A DNA stretch of 64,000 bases from Acholeplasmataceae bacterium (GTDB lineage: Bacteria; Bacillota_I; Bacilli_A; Acholeplasmatales; Acholeplasmataceae). Location: positions 896,001-960,000 of the forward strand of contig OY763415.1 of assembly GCA_963667565.1 (NCBI GenBank). Reading direction: 5' to 3'. This document shows, piece by piece, positions 47,973 to 58,585 of the stretch (position 1 is its first letter; each line of letters starts with the position of its first letter). Below the pieces are notes generated by a model that did no database searches, was not told where the DNA came from, and was given only the letters and a program-made list of their open reading frames with translations. The position numbers and the translations under genes are program-made.

Positions 47973-48992
47973 TTACCATTTATTTTCTACGCGTTCAGCA
48001 AATCCTAATAAATCTTTTATGATGATTTGTTTACCATCACCTAGTTTGATGGTGCCATTAAAATGACCGAATACTTGATGTTGAATTGATTTTATGATGA
48101 TAACATTAGTTTTTGAATTGCGATCTAAAATTGGAGTAAATATTAAATCTATATGTTTTTTTTGATCATAGATTTTCCATGGGCTTAAATAGTCAAATGT
48201 TTTATTGATTTTAGGAATATCAAAAATAATATCGTCTAATTTTTCATATTGATCATCATAAAAAATCATATTCTCTGATGCTTTTGAAGTATCACCAAAT
48301 CCATATCCTAAATTAAACCCGATATAGTGACCATCTTGTTTTGCATTTAGACTTGACCAGTACCACGTGTTATGATAAGTCCATACACCTCTGCCCCAAT
48401 CAAGAACACCTAAAGTATGATTAAAATCGTAGGTTTTATTATTGCTAAACACTTTACCTTGTCCATTTAGAAGATTTATTTTTTGATTGTAATAAAAATG
48501 TCCTGACTTCTTAAATGGTGTAGCAATAACCATAGAATGTGGTGTTGTTTCTTCTAAATATATATCACATGAGAAGCAATTGTTTTTTGAGAAATTAGGA
48601 AAATTTACAATAAGATGTCTTTTATTTTCTTCATGTAAAAACTTAAACGCAAATGCCTTTGTTTCAAAAACAATATCACCTTTGTGAGAATCAGAAGGCA
48701 TATTTAAAGATTTTGGAAAAAACTTCATTTTTGATTTTGTTGTTTGCAAAGGTATGTCAAAATCGAAAAATGTAACAGAAACCATCCACATGTAGCCATT
48801 ATCAGCAACAGTAAGTGCGATTGCATGATGATCATTACCAATGTAATAGTAATCCCATTCTTTTAATCTTAACCTAGATGTTTTAATCTTTGTTTTGTCG
48901 TATGTTTTTATTAAATGCGTATGATATCCTGCTTCAGTAAGTTCACCTGAATCATTTAGTAGAAATCCTTTGGATAATTTATGTTGTTTCAT
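47973..48992 (-). CDS. DUF2804 family protein
   Basis: RLKEWDYY, LDWGRGVW and QHQVFGHF. Confidence 0.85.
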   Translation of the reverse strand: MKQHKLSKGFLLNDSGELTEAGYHTHLIKTYDKTKIKTSRLRLKEWDYYYIGNDHHAIALTVADNGYMWMVSVTFFDFDIPLQTTKSKMKFFPKSLNMPSDSHKGDIVFETKAFAFKFLHEENKRHLIVNFPNFSKNNCFSCDIYLEETTPHSMVIATPFKKSGHFYYNQKINLLNGQGKVFSNNKTYDFNHTLGVLDWGRGVWTYHNTWYWSSLNAKQDGHYIGFNLGYGFGDTSKASENMIFYDDQYEKLDDIIFDIPKINKTFDYLSPWKIYDQKKHIDLIFTPILDRNSKTNVIIIKSIQHQVFGHFNGTIKLGDGKQIIIKDLLGFAERVENKW

Positions 48993-49185
48993 GAATTAAT
49001 ACCTCCCATTAAACTTTTCCTATATCTCTTTTAGAAATCCAATATACTTAGTTTCTTTGTGTGATTTTGCTTATAACTTGTTTAGTTTAATTTTATTTAC
49101 TTCCTACTTCGATACTTATATTGATTTTATTATACACCTTCAGCTAAATTTTTTTAAGTAAGTATAAAAAAAGATAAGCAAATGC

Positions 49186-49296
49186 TTATCCTTGTTTAAT
49201 TTTATTTCTGACAATTTTCTTGCCTCTTTGTTTAGCCATGTTAATTTGGTTTTTCTTCATGTGTTTACCATGTCGATCTTTGTTCATGACTTGCAT
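49186..49296 (-). CDS. Small basic protein (36 aa)
   Basis: Manual translation MQVMNKDRHGKHMKKNQINMAKQRGKKIVRNKIKQG; RBS AAAGGAG; terminator hairpin overlapping the stop. Confidence 0.6.
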   Translation of the reverse strand: MQVMNKDRHGKHMKKNQINMAKQRGKKIVRNKIKQG

Positions 49297-49427
49297 ATCA
49301 AATTCTCCTTTGGAATATTAAACATATCCAATAGAGATTATACATTTTTCTATAAAATAGTAAATAGATTTCACTCACATTTTTAACGAAAAATAGATGA
49401 ATGGATTTAATTTATCATTTAAGTCAT

Positions 49428-50444
49428 TTATTTAATCAATTCTAATAGTTTTAAGTTGTGTAAACCTGGATGATTTTCTTTTCTCTCAAAACTTTCAGTA
49501 ATACTAACGATTGCATCATTCCACGGGGTTTTTATGTCAAATGATTGACCAAATGCACTAATAACACCATTAATCGCATGAATTTCAGTTTGGCGATCTC
49601 TTGCTAAATCATTGAGCATAGAGCTTTTAATTGCTTTGTGTTTTTTCATAGCAATCGGTATGATTTGAAATGATAACCATTTTTTAAAAGGGTGATGATA
49701 ATCAAGTAATTTAACAACATCTTTCCCTTGAATTTTTTCAATTTTAATATGTCCTTTTTTAGCTGTATCTATACATTCTTTTAATATAGCTTGTGCATAT
49801 GTTCTTGTTTGTTTACTTTTGGTGATTTCACCGAAAGTTAAATCAAGAACAACACTTAAACCTGAAAAAGCACTATTGATCATCAGTTTTGCATATCTAG
49901 CCCCAATCCAGTTATCTTCAATGGTTGTCTTACCCATTAAACTTAACAGCCTATAAACTTCATCAAACAATGGATGTTTGATTTCACTAAATGAACCCAA
50001 ACTAAACGTGAGCGCTTCATAATCAGGTTTTGTTGTTAATTCAACAATTCCATCTTTATGAAGTGTTGCACCCCAAGCCATCGCTGAACCAATCGTTTTT
50101 TCTTCACCAATAACTTTAGCTACACTATATTCTGGTAATCCATTTTGCATCGTACATATGACACCATTTGATTTTAAAAAAGGCATTAAATTCTTCACAA
50201 CTTCTTCATTTTCTAGTTGTTTAGTCATTAGAAAAATAATATCATAAGGGTCTTTCATCTCACTTGGTAAAAGCGCATTAACGTCTTTTTGTATATGTGT
50301 TTGCCCTGTGATGATTGCCCCATTTTTCTTCAATGATTCTATGTGATTAACATTTCTAGAAACAAGATCAACATTCTCTGTTTTTGAAAGATAAGCACCT
50401 AACACAGTGCCCATTGCCCCTGCTCCATAAATACATATTTTCAT
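49428..50444 (-). CDS. panE: Ketopantoate reductase family
   Basis: IYGAGAMG, MQNG, KLMINS, SSMLND...TE...ING. Confidence 0.88.
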   Translation of the reverse strand: MKICIYGAGAMGTVLGAYLSKTENVDLVSRNVNHIESLKKNGAIITGQTHIQKDVNALLPSEMKDPYDIIFLMTKQLENEEVVKNLMPFLKSNGVICTMQNGLPEYSVAKVIGEEKTIGSAMAWGATLHKDGIVELTTKPDYEALTFSLGSFSEIKHPLFDEVYRLLSLMGKTTIEDNWIGARYAKLMINSAFSGLSVVLDLTFGEITKSKQTRTYAQAILKECIDTAKKGHIKIEKIQGKDVVKLLDYHHPFKKWLSFQIIPIAMKKHKAIKSSMLNDLARDRQTEIHAINGVISAFGQSFDIKTPWNDAIVSITESFERKENHPGLHNLKLLELIK

Positions 50445-52051
50445 GATTTGTTCCTCTTATATTTCATGATGATTTGTTCTGCTGTTTTAATACCATCAAT
50501 GGCTGATGACATAATGCCACCTGCATAACCAGCACCTTCACCCATTGGATATATACCTTTAAGACTTGATTCATGAAACTCATTGCGTTCTAAACGAACT
50601 GGTGAACTTGACCTTGTCTCTACACCCGTTAATAATGCATCTGGATGATTGAATCCTTGGAGTTGTTTGTCAAAATGAATAAGTGCTTCTTTTAACGTAT
50701 CAGTCACATAATTAGGCAATAGTGAAGTCATTTTAACAAATGTAGTTCCAGGTTCGTAACTTGGATTTACTTCACCAAAATGATTTGAAATCTTATCTTG
50801 ATGAAACTCTCCTACCCTCTGGATAGGTGCAAAATAATTAGATCCACCAAGTTCAAACGCTTTTTTCTCAAATGACTCTTGAAAATCAAAGCCTGACAAA
50901 GGATGAGCAGATGGGAAATCATTTGGTGTGACATTAACAAGTAATGCGCTATTTGCATTTTTTCCATTTCTCATGCTTCTTGACATTCCATTTGTGACAA
51001 CATGCCCTTCTTCTCCATTTGAAGGCATGACATATCCACCTGGACACATACAAAATGTATATGCTGTTCTACCACTTGGTGAGTGATAGCTTAATTTGTA
51101 GTCTGCAGCACCAAGCGCTTGATGCTGTGCGAAAATTCCATACTGTGCTTTATTGATCTCAGATTGTAGATGCTCTATTCTAACACCAATCGAAAAAGGT
51201 TTTGGTGTCATTGACATGTGCTTATCATAAAGCATTTTAACAGTATCTTTTGCACTATGACCAATGCCTAACAAGAGGATATCTGTATCGATAAATTCAT
51301 TGTGATTGATTTCAATTTTAGATAGTTTCTGATCTTTTATGATAATATCTGTAAGTTTTGTATTAAAAGAAATCTTGCCACCCATATCAATAATTTGTTT
51401 TCTCATATGAACAACGACATGTTTTAAGACATCTGTACCAATATGAGGTTTATTAACATATCTGATTTCTTCAGGTGCGCCATTTTCAATAAATACATCT
51501 AAGATTAATTTTGATCTTATGTCATTTAATAGCGTCGTTAATTTCCCATCAGAAAAAGTGCCTGCTCCGCCTTCACCATAAAGAATTGATGCTTTATAAT
51601 TGAATTTACCTGTTGATAGAAAAGCATCCACTTCTTTTGTTCGATTAATTGCATCTTCTCCTTGTTCAATAACATGAACTTTATATCCTCGTTTAGCTAG
51701 TAAATAACTTGCAAATAAACCTGATGGACCAAATCCAACCACGACAATTGGATGTGTCGTTATCATTTCTCCTTCAGATACTTCTTCATATGTTTTTTCT
51801 TTTGCAAGCGATAGTTTAGGATTTTTAATTAAAATAGCTTTTTCATTTTTAACTAAAACATGTGTGTTATAGACAAATAAAACTTCTGATTTTTTTCTGG
51901 CATCAATTGCTTTTCGATTGATTTTTATTTCTAAAATATCCGCATCTTTAATGTTCCATTTTTTTATGATTTTCTTTTTAAGATGATTAATCTCTGTTTC
52001 TTTATTGATGGCTTCATCTAATTGAAGTTTAATTTCATTAATACTAATCAT
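50441..52051 (-). CDS. FAD-dependent oxidoreductase
   Basis: VGFGPSG, GEGGAGTFSDGKL, FCMCPGG and GEGAGYAGGI. Confidence 0.9.
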   Translation of the reverse strand: MISINEIKLQLDEAINKETEINHLKKKIIKKWNIKDADILEIKINRKAIDARKKSEVLFVYNTHVLVKNEKAILIKNPKLSLAKEKTYEEVSEGEMITTHPIVVVGFGPSGLFASYLLAKRGYKVHVIEQGEDAINRTKEVDAFLSTGKFNYKASILYGEGGAGTFSDGKLTTLLNDIRSKLILDVFIENGAPEEIRYVNKPHIGTDVLKHVVVHMRKQIIDMGGKISFNTKLTDIIIKDQKLSKIEINHNEFIDTDILLLGIGHSAKDTVKMLYDKHMSMTPKPFSIGVRIEHLQSEINKAQYGIFAQHQALGAADYKLSYHSPSGRTAYTFCMCPGGYVMPSNGEEGHVVTNGMSRSMRNGKNANSALLVNVTPNDFPSAHPLSGFDFQESFEKKAFELGGSNYFAPIQRVGEFHQDKISNHFGEVNPSYEPGTTFVKMTSLLPNYVTDTLKEALIHFDKQLQGFNHPDALLTGVETRSSSPVRLERNEFHESSLKGIYPMGEGAGYAGGIMSSAIDGIKTAEQIIMKYKRNKS

Positions 52052-53264
52052 GATTTTTAATTATGGCTTTATAAACAACACCGGCACTACTCCATGCCCA
52101 TTGTAAATTATAACCACCACTCCTGCCATCAATATCTAAAATTTCACCTGTGAAATATAAATTCTTATTGTATTTAGATTCAAGTGTTTCCAGATGAACC
52201 TCGTTAAGATCAATACCACCACTTGTGACTTGTGCTTCATTATAGTCTAAACTACCAATCACTTTCCACTTCCAGTGTTTTAACAATAAACTTATATGTC
52301 TAAGTTCATCATATGAAAGTGTACTTACTAGTTGATGTTGGTCAAGACCTAAGGTGTTAACTAAAGGATGGATGAGTCTAGAATGAATGAGTCCATTTAA
52401 ACTTTGTTCTAATGTTTTATATCCAATGGTATAAAAACGATTAATGATCTCTTCTAAAGTCAAGTTAGAAATGACTTCAATATCAATTCGAACTTCTTGA
52501 TCTTTCTCTAATGCTAGCAAAGCGAATTTAGAGAGTTGTAGTATAGTTGGACCACTTAAACCATAACTAGTGAATAAAACATCACCTTGTTCTTCAACAC
52601 TGATGTTTCCATCAGCAACCAGTGAGACTTTTGTATTTAATTTAAGTCCATCTAAATGTTTTAAATAAGGACTGTCAATTGTTAATTTCACTAGCGATGG
52701 ACGTATATCAGTTAAATGATGTGATAAAGATGTTGCTAAATGATAACCTGCTCCATCACTTCCTGTTTGTGGAAAAGCTTTACCACCTGTTGATAGAATG
52801 AGGATATCATAAACATAAGTGTTTTGATTTTGATCAATTAATTTATAGTTTGAGTCTAATTTATCAATATGTTTTATTAAAGTGTTTGTATAAACATTAA
52901 TGTTTAATCTTTCGATTTCAGCAAGAAGTGCGTTAACAACACTTGATGCTTGTAAAGATAGAGGAAAATATTTACCTGATTCAAGAATGGTTGTTTCTAT
53001 ACCAAGTGTTTTAAACACATCTAAAGTTTCTTGAACACTAAATTTCGATAAAATATCATCAACAAAAACAGGATGATTATAATCATTTCCTGATAAGTGT
53101 TCATTTGTTAAATTACAACGTCCATTTCCTGTAGTAAGAATTTTCTTACCAACGCGTTGATTGCGCTCAAATATCGTTACATCTAAACCATGTAACGCTA
53201 ATAAAATGCTTACAAAAAGGCCGCTTGCGCCACCACCAATGATGGCTATTTTCTTTTTATTCAT
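52044..53264 (-). CDS. HI0933/BaiN-family flavoprotein
   Basis: GGGASG, GKKILTTGNGRCN and GGYNLQWAWSS. Confidence 0.92.
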   Translation of the reverse strand: MNKKKIAIIGGGASGLFVSILLALHGLDVTIFERNQRVGKKILTTGNGRCNLTNEHLSGNDYNHPVFVDDILSKFSVQETLDVFKTLGIETTILESGKYFPLSLQASSVVNALLAEIERLNINVYTNTLIKHIDKLDSNYKLIDQNQNTYVYDILILSTGGKAFPQTGSDGAGYHLATSLSHHLTDIRPSLVKLTIDSPYLKHLDGLKLNTKVSLVADGNISVEEQGDVLFTSYGLSGPTILQLSKFALLALEKDQEVRIDIEVISNLTLEEIINRFYTIGYKTLEQSLNGLIHSRLIHPLVNTLGLDQHQLVSTLSYDELRHISLLLKHWKWKVIGSLDYNEAQVTSGGIDLNEVHLETLESKYNKNLYFTGEILDIDGRSGGYNLQWAWSSAGVVYKAIIKNHD

Positions 53265-53424
53265 AGTTTCACCTGTCTATATTATACATGAGAACTGCAA
53301 CGATATCTATCAACAATTTAATTTCAAATATAAAATCATCTTATACTATAAATATCATCGTTATTATCAAAAAAAACCAAGACATCTTCGCCTTGGTTTT
53401 TATTAAAAATCATGTTGATTGAGT

Positions 53425-54120
53425 TTATGATGGCTTTCTTTCAAGTAGAACCCCATCGATGATCGTATAGACCTTATCACAAAACTCAAGCATTCTTTCA
53501 TCATGTGTTACCATGATAGTTGCTTTTTTCTGTGCTTTGGTTTCTCTTGCTAAAAGTTGAACAACCTCATATGCTTTGTTTGTGTCAAGACTTGCGGTTG
53601 GTTCATCTGCGAATATCACATTTGGGTTATGATATAAAGCTTTAGCAATCGCTGAACGCTGTCTTTCTCCTCCTGACAATTCATTTGGATACTTATCAAC
53701 GATTTTTTCCACACCTAATTTATCAAATAATTCTTTCATCCATAAATGATCAACTTTTGATTTTTTAATCTTATTATATAAAACGAGTTGTTCTTTGACA
53801 GTTAAAAAAGGAATTAAATTAGATGCTTGCAAAATAAAACCAATGTGTTCCAATCTCACTTTTGATTTTTCTTTAACAGTTAAATCACTAAATGGTTTAC
53901 CATTAAGTTTAACATGCCCATTTGTCGGTTTTTGCAATCCACCTAAAATAGTTAAAAATGTTGATTTACCCGACCCACTTGGGCCCACAATACCGACAAG
54001 TTCACCTTCATATGCAGTAAAGTTTGTTGGTTTTAATGCACTTATGACATTATCACCTTGTAAAAAATCTTTTGTTACATTATGCATTTCGATAATTGCT
54101 TTTTTCATATTAACCTCCAA
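53425..54120 (-). CDS. ABC transporter ATP-binding protein (HrtA/LolD-like)
   Basis: GPSGSGKST, LSGGERQR, ADEPT and VTHD. Confidence 0.93.
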   Translation of the reverse strand: MEVNMKKAIIEMHNVTKDFLQGDNVISALKPTNFTAYEGELVGIVGPSGSGKSTFLTILGGLQKPTNGHVKLNGKPFSDLTVKEKSKVRLEHIGFILQASNLIPFLTVKEQLVLYNKIKKSKVDHLWMKELFDKLGVEKIVDKYPNELSGGERQRSAIAKALYHNPNVIFADEPTASLDTNKAYEVVQLLARETKAQKKATIMVTHDERMLEFCDKVYTIIDGVLLERKPS

Positions 54121-55177
54121 TAGCCTTTAATGGATCTATTTTTAAGACTGCATTCACTGAGAATAAACCACCAAGTAGTGCAAACAAGATAAAGGCTGAT
54201 GTAATCACTAAATAAAATAGTGCATTCACTGCAAGTGGTACAATATCACTTAAAAAGAAAATGGAAATTTCAGTCAATGCAAATCCAATGATGATACCAA
54301 AAACAACTAATAATAATGTTTGCACAATCACTGAACCTGCAATATATGAATTGGATATCCCCTGTGCTTTCATCACACCAAACATAGGTGTTTTTTGGAT
54401 TGTGAGGACATAGATGAATATACCTAATACAAAAGCGACAATAATAATAAGAAATGAAATCATGATGGTAAATGTCAACACTTGGGCAATATATCCAGGT
54501 AATGTAACAATATAATCTTGAATTGTATATGTGGCTAAATCACTGTTGACGTCAGTTACTTGACCTCTAACCACAATACCACTGTATAAATTTGGAGGAG
54601 TATCTGTTTGAAATCGATACGTTTGCCACAATGTTAAATCCATATAAATCATAGGTGCTGTTTGATAAGTTGCATTTTTCGTAAAACCTGCAATCTCCAA
54701 CTCTATATCTGTACCAGTAATCGCAATCATATCACCTATGTTATAACCCAATTTAGAAAGTTCATCGCTGACAATAACTTTATGATCTATCAAGGTTACA
54801 TTAGAGTCATTTGGCTTAAGAAAACTTTCGTTTTCAATACCAAGTAAATATACATTTAATCTTGTATCGACATTATTTGCTTCAACAGGATCTTTAATGA
54901 CTGCAGGAAATAATCCCAATTTGGCTTTATCTCCATCAACATTTGTATCATCAAAGTATGTTTGATTCATAAATGACATCATTAGATTATCGTTAGCATC
55001 AACTGTCATAACTACATAATCACTATCCCATTCATTAACACCATTAGTGTATGAACTTGCAAGACCATAAGCTAATGAAGTTAAAAAATAGACTAAATAA
55101 CTTACAAGGACAACAACAGAAATAATCAGTGTAAATTTTAATTTTGCATGCTTTAATTCTTTAAATGCTAAAAACAT
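54110..55177 (-). CDS. ABC permease, FtsX/HrtB-like
   Basis: MFLAFKELKH...QK...GVMKAQG...IDPLKAIG. Confidence 0.88.
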   Translation of the reverse strand: MFLAFKELKHAKLKFTLIISVVVLVSYLVYFLTSLAYGLASSYTNGVNEWDSDYVVMTVDANDNLMMSFMNQTYFDDTNVDGDKAKLGLFPAVIKDPVEANNVDTRLNVYLLGIENESFLKPNDSNVTLIDHKVIVSDELSKLGYNIGDMIAITGTDIELEIAGFTKNATYQTAPMIYMDLTLWQTYRFQTDTPPNLYSGIVVRGQVTDVNSDLATYTIQDYIVTLPGYIAQVLTFTIMISFLIIIVAFVLGIFIYVLTIQKTPMFGVMKAQGISNSYIAGSVIVQTLLLVVFGIIIGFALTEISIFFLSDIVPLAVNALFYLVITSAFILFALLGGLFSVNAVLKIDPLKAIGG

Positions 55178-55179
55178 TG

Positions 55180-55665
55180 TTATTCTCCTTTATTAAGTAT
55201 TTCTTCAATATAGCGTTCAATATGAATGGGTTTTACTTGTGGACCAAATCTTTTAATGACGCGTCCTTTTCTATCTACTAGAAATTTAGTAAAGTTCCAT
55301 TTAATTTTTTGATTAAAAAACCCTTTTTCATGTCTTTTTAAATATGTATATAATATAGACTCACCTGGACCATTGACTTCAATTTTATTAAACCTTTTAA
55401 ACTCTGTATGATATTTTTTAACACAAAATTCATTAATCTCTAAATTATTACCTTTAGCCCCATTATTAAATTGATTACAAGGAAAATCTAGAATTTCAAA
55501 CCCTTTATCTTTAAATTTATGATACAGATATTGCAGCCCCTCATATTGTGGTGTAAAAAAGCATTTTGTTGCTGTATTTACAATTAACAGCACCTTGCCT
55601 TTATACTTGCTAAACTCCACTAAATTTAATTCTTGATCTTCTACTGTGATTTGATATAAACCCAT
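55180..55665 (-). CDS. Glutathione peroxidase family
   Basis: VNTATKC, FPCNQF and IKWNFTKFL. Confidence 0.93.
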   Translation of the reverse strand: MGLYQITVEDQELNLVEFSKYKGKVLLIVNTATKCFFTPQYEGLQYLYHKFKDKGFEILDFPCNQFNNGAKGNNLEINEFCVKKYHTEFKRFNKIEVNGPGESILYTYLKRHEKGFFNQKIKWNFTKFLVDRKGRVIKRFGPQVKPIHIERYIEEILNKGE

Positions 55666-55746
55666 TTATATCCTCCTATTTTATATTTTTATCATATATT
55701 TTTTATGTTATACTATGTATAAATCACTTATACATGAGGTATTTTA

Positions 55747-56466
55747 ATGATTACAATTGCATTATGCGATGATGAAACTAAATACTTAGATTTTTATGAA
55801 TCTAAACTCACTGAAATTTCTTCTAAACATCACTTATTGATTGATGTCATACGATTCAAAAATGGTGAATCCTTGCTTTTTTATCTAGAAGATCATCCTA
55901 ATAAATTTGATATCATCTATTTAGATGTGATCACTGGTGGCATGACAGGTATTGATACTGCGCTTGCAATCAGAAAATTTAATCAACAATCCAAAATTAT
56001 TTTTTTGACAAGTTCTGAGTCTTATGTTTATCAATCATTTGATGCAAAGGCGACTAACTATTTGATTAAAAATCTTCATGATGATAAGTTTGAAAGTACA
56101 TTCTTATCAACAGTCAAAAATTTAAATGATGGATCACAACAAAAGGTCATCACATTTAAACGCCAGCAAACAGAAGTAAGTTTTAATCTTTTTGAAATCA
56201 CTCATTTTGAAAGTTATCAACGCATGATTTTGGTTCATACAGTTGATCATAAAACGCATGAATTTTATTATAAATTAGGTGATTTAAAGGATCAATTATC
56301 CGAAAGTGACTTCGTGATGACTCATCGTTCTTTTCTCGTTAATTTACAATTTATTAAGAAGATTTCAAAACAAAGTATATTACTTAAAAACCAAGTTGAG
56401 ATTCCAGTATCTAGAAATTTATCTCAAATGGTGACTCAAACTTATATGAATTATTTAAATCAATAA
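55747..56466 (+). CDS. LytTR response regulator
   Basis: CDD, YLDV, KA..YLIK receiver domain; HRSFLVNL...IPVSR. Confidence 0.93.
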   Translation: MITIALCDDETKYLDFYESKLTEISSKHHLLIDVIRFKNGESLLFYLEDHPNKFDIIYLDVITGGMTGIDTALAIRKFNQQSKIIFLTSSESYVYQSFDAKATNYLIKNLHDDKFESTFLSTVKNLNDGSQQKVITFKRQQTEVSFNLFEITHFESYQRMILVHTVDHKTHEFYYKLGDLKDQLSESDFVMTHRSFLVNLQFIKKISKQSILLKNQVEIPVSRNLSQMVTQTYMNYLNQ

Positions 56467-56478
56467 AGGAACTATCTT

Positions 56479-57792
56479 ATGATACCAATCATTTATGCAT
56501 TTTTAGCATCAACTACATATTTACTGATTTACATTTATACATACAAAAATTATTTTGAATTGCGCCCTAGATATTATTTAGGCGTTTTATTCATTTTGCT
56601 TAGTGTCTATCTTCAGTTTTATGTTGAAATCTCTTCTGATTTAAGTATAGGATATACTGCACTTCTTTCTTTTATTACATATCCAATTGGTTTTCACTTC
56701 ATTTATAAAACAAACATATTCAATACCTTATTTCTAGCTTTTAATGTGATTGTTAAAATATATATTATGTTTATATTTTTCGCAACCATCTATGCTGTTG
56801 ATCATCATGTAGCATACCATTCTGTATGGATTAAAGGTACTGATTATTTCGCATTAAGCCTAGGTAATGCCTATTTTCTTTCTATAGGTTCTCTCTATTT
56901 AGCTGATATTTTGCTACTTAGAAATAAATTAAAAAGCTTTTTCCTACTCAAGCGAAACCTATTATTTATTATATCCATTCAACTGATTGTCTTAATCAAT
57001 ATGGCTTGGCTTAGTTTTACTAATGTCTTAGTAGATGTTTCATGGTATAACTCTATGCTTATCATCACTTCAATTAGTTTTGAAATCATTTATTTTCTCT
57101 TACGACTTTTTACTGCAAATTCTAGTTACTTCAGTTCATTTAAAATGCGTTCTGAACTCTTGAGTAAGCAATTGATCAATCAAATTGATCACTATAAAGC
57201 TTATGAAGAACAGATGAATCATTTTAATAAATTTAAACATGACAACCAAAAAGTATTTACGAGTATCACTCATTTAATCCAATTAAAAGAGTATGCTGCT
57301 ATAGAACAAATTTTAAAAGAATATGACACTGAATTTAGCAGTTTATCTGTAAACCAAACTTATTCTAACAACTTAATCTTGGATGCTCTTTTAAATGATT
57401 ATGCTAAGCGATTTGAGAAAATTGAGGCACAATTCAGTTCTAAAACATACATTAAATTAGGACAAATGACAGAACTTGATCTCATTAAGTTATTTTATAA
57501 TATTTTAGAAAATGCCTATGAAGCACTCTTGAAAGTCGAACCTGCTCTAAGGAATATCGAAATATCTAGTGAGATTGTAAAAAGTTATTTGAAGATTTCA
57601 TTTGTAAATTCAACGATTCAAACAACTCCAAATCCCGGAAAGACCGTCAAATCCGACAAGATTAACCATGGATTTGGATTGTCTATAATTAAAGATATGA
57701 TTGTGAAATATGATGGTTTCTTTAATCAATTTATCGTGACAAATGATTTAGTTCCATATTATCATCTAGAAATTTTTCTACCTCTAGACTAA
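56479..57792 (+). CDS. AgrC-like GHKL sensor histidine kinase
   Basis: Multi-TM N-terminus; FKHD, NILENAYEA and HGFGL. Confidence 0.9.
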   Translation: MIPIIYAFLASTTYLLIYIYTYKNYFELRPRYYLGVLFILLSVYLQFYVEISSDLSIGYTALLSFITYPIGFHFIYKTNIFNTLFLAFNVIVKIYIMFIFFATIYAVDHHVAYHSVWIKGTDYFALSLGNAYFLSIGSLYLADILLLRNKLKSFFLLKRNLLFIISIQLIVLINMAWLSFTNVLVDVSWYNSMLIITSISFEIIYFLLRLFTANSSYFSSFKMRSELLSKQLINQIDHYKAYEEQMNHFNKFKHDNQKVFTSITHLIQLKEYAAIEQILKEYDTEFSSLSVNQTYSNNLILDALLNDYAKRFEKIEAQFSSKTYIKLGQMTELDLIKLFYNILENAYEALLKVEPALRNIEISSEIVKSYLKISFVNSTIQTTPNPGKTVKSDKINHGFGLSIIKDMIVKYDGFFNQFIVTNDLVPYYHLEIFLPLD

Positions 57793-57799
57793 CAACCTT

Positions 57800-58585
57800 T
57801 TAGGGTTGTTTTTTTTTAATTGGTAAGAAAATAGCTGTATTTTTCTTATATATTTCATATTGTGGATTGTTTTGATACTTCTTTTCAAGTAATGGCACAC
57901 CACTGACAAATCTTAATAATAATGTAATGATTACAGGGCTTAACAAGCCGATAAATGAGATTGGTAATAATCCAGAGATTGATATTATACCGATACCCCA
58001 CCATAATGTGGCTTCACCAAAATAATTAGGATGTCTTGTTAAACTCCACACACCACTTGTAAGTATTTTCCCTTTGTTATTTGGGTTTTTCTTAAATTTA
58101 CTTAAATTTTGATCTGCCAGAACTTCAAAGACAAATCCAATAAGGAATATCATAGCACCAAATGATAGAATGACAAGATGGATAGGTAGAAGTGGTTCAT
58201 TAACATATAAATTTGTTAATATAATTGGTAATCCTATGACGTATGAAAATATGGATTGCATCACAAATATTCTGAAAAAAGCTCTTATTTTAGGGTGATT
58301 TTTCCATTGTGATCGCATTGCTTTATATCTAAAGTCTTCATCTTTTTTCCAATTTCTTTTTAGTAGATATATACTCAATCTCAATCCCCATATAACAACC
58401 ACAAATAATAGAATAAATTTGGTTAAGTTATATGTCCCGCTTAATAGAAGGGAAATGAGTGCAGTTACTATAAAACTCATGCCCCACCCAATATCGATTA
58501 ATCCATTATTTTTTTTATGCTGTGCAATGAAGAACCATATAACAAAATACCCTAATAAACCTAAATAGATGTATAAAAAATTCAT
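57800..58585 (-). CDS. DUF1295 membrane protein
   Basis: [13 protein letters not shown] and SGVPLLE. Confidence 0.9.
   Translation of the reverse strand: MNFLYIYLGLLGYFVIWFFIAQHKKNNGLIDIGWGMSFIVTALISLLLSGTYNLTKFILLFVVVIWGLRLSIYLLKRNWKKDEDFRYKAMRSQWKNHPKIRAFFRIFVMQSIFSYVIGLPIILTNLYVNEPLLPIHLVILSFGAMIFLIGFVFEVLADQNLSKFKKNPNNKGKILTSGVWSLTRHPNYFGEATLWWGIGIISISGLLPISFIGLLSPVIITLLLRFVSGVPLLEKKYQNNPQYEIYKKNTAIFLPIKKKQP

Noticed and set aside
49192..49386. Plus-strand 64-aa ORF
   Set aside because: The opposite-strand 36-aa ORF has the RBS and terminator.
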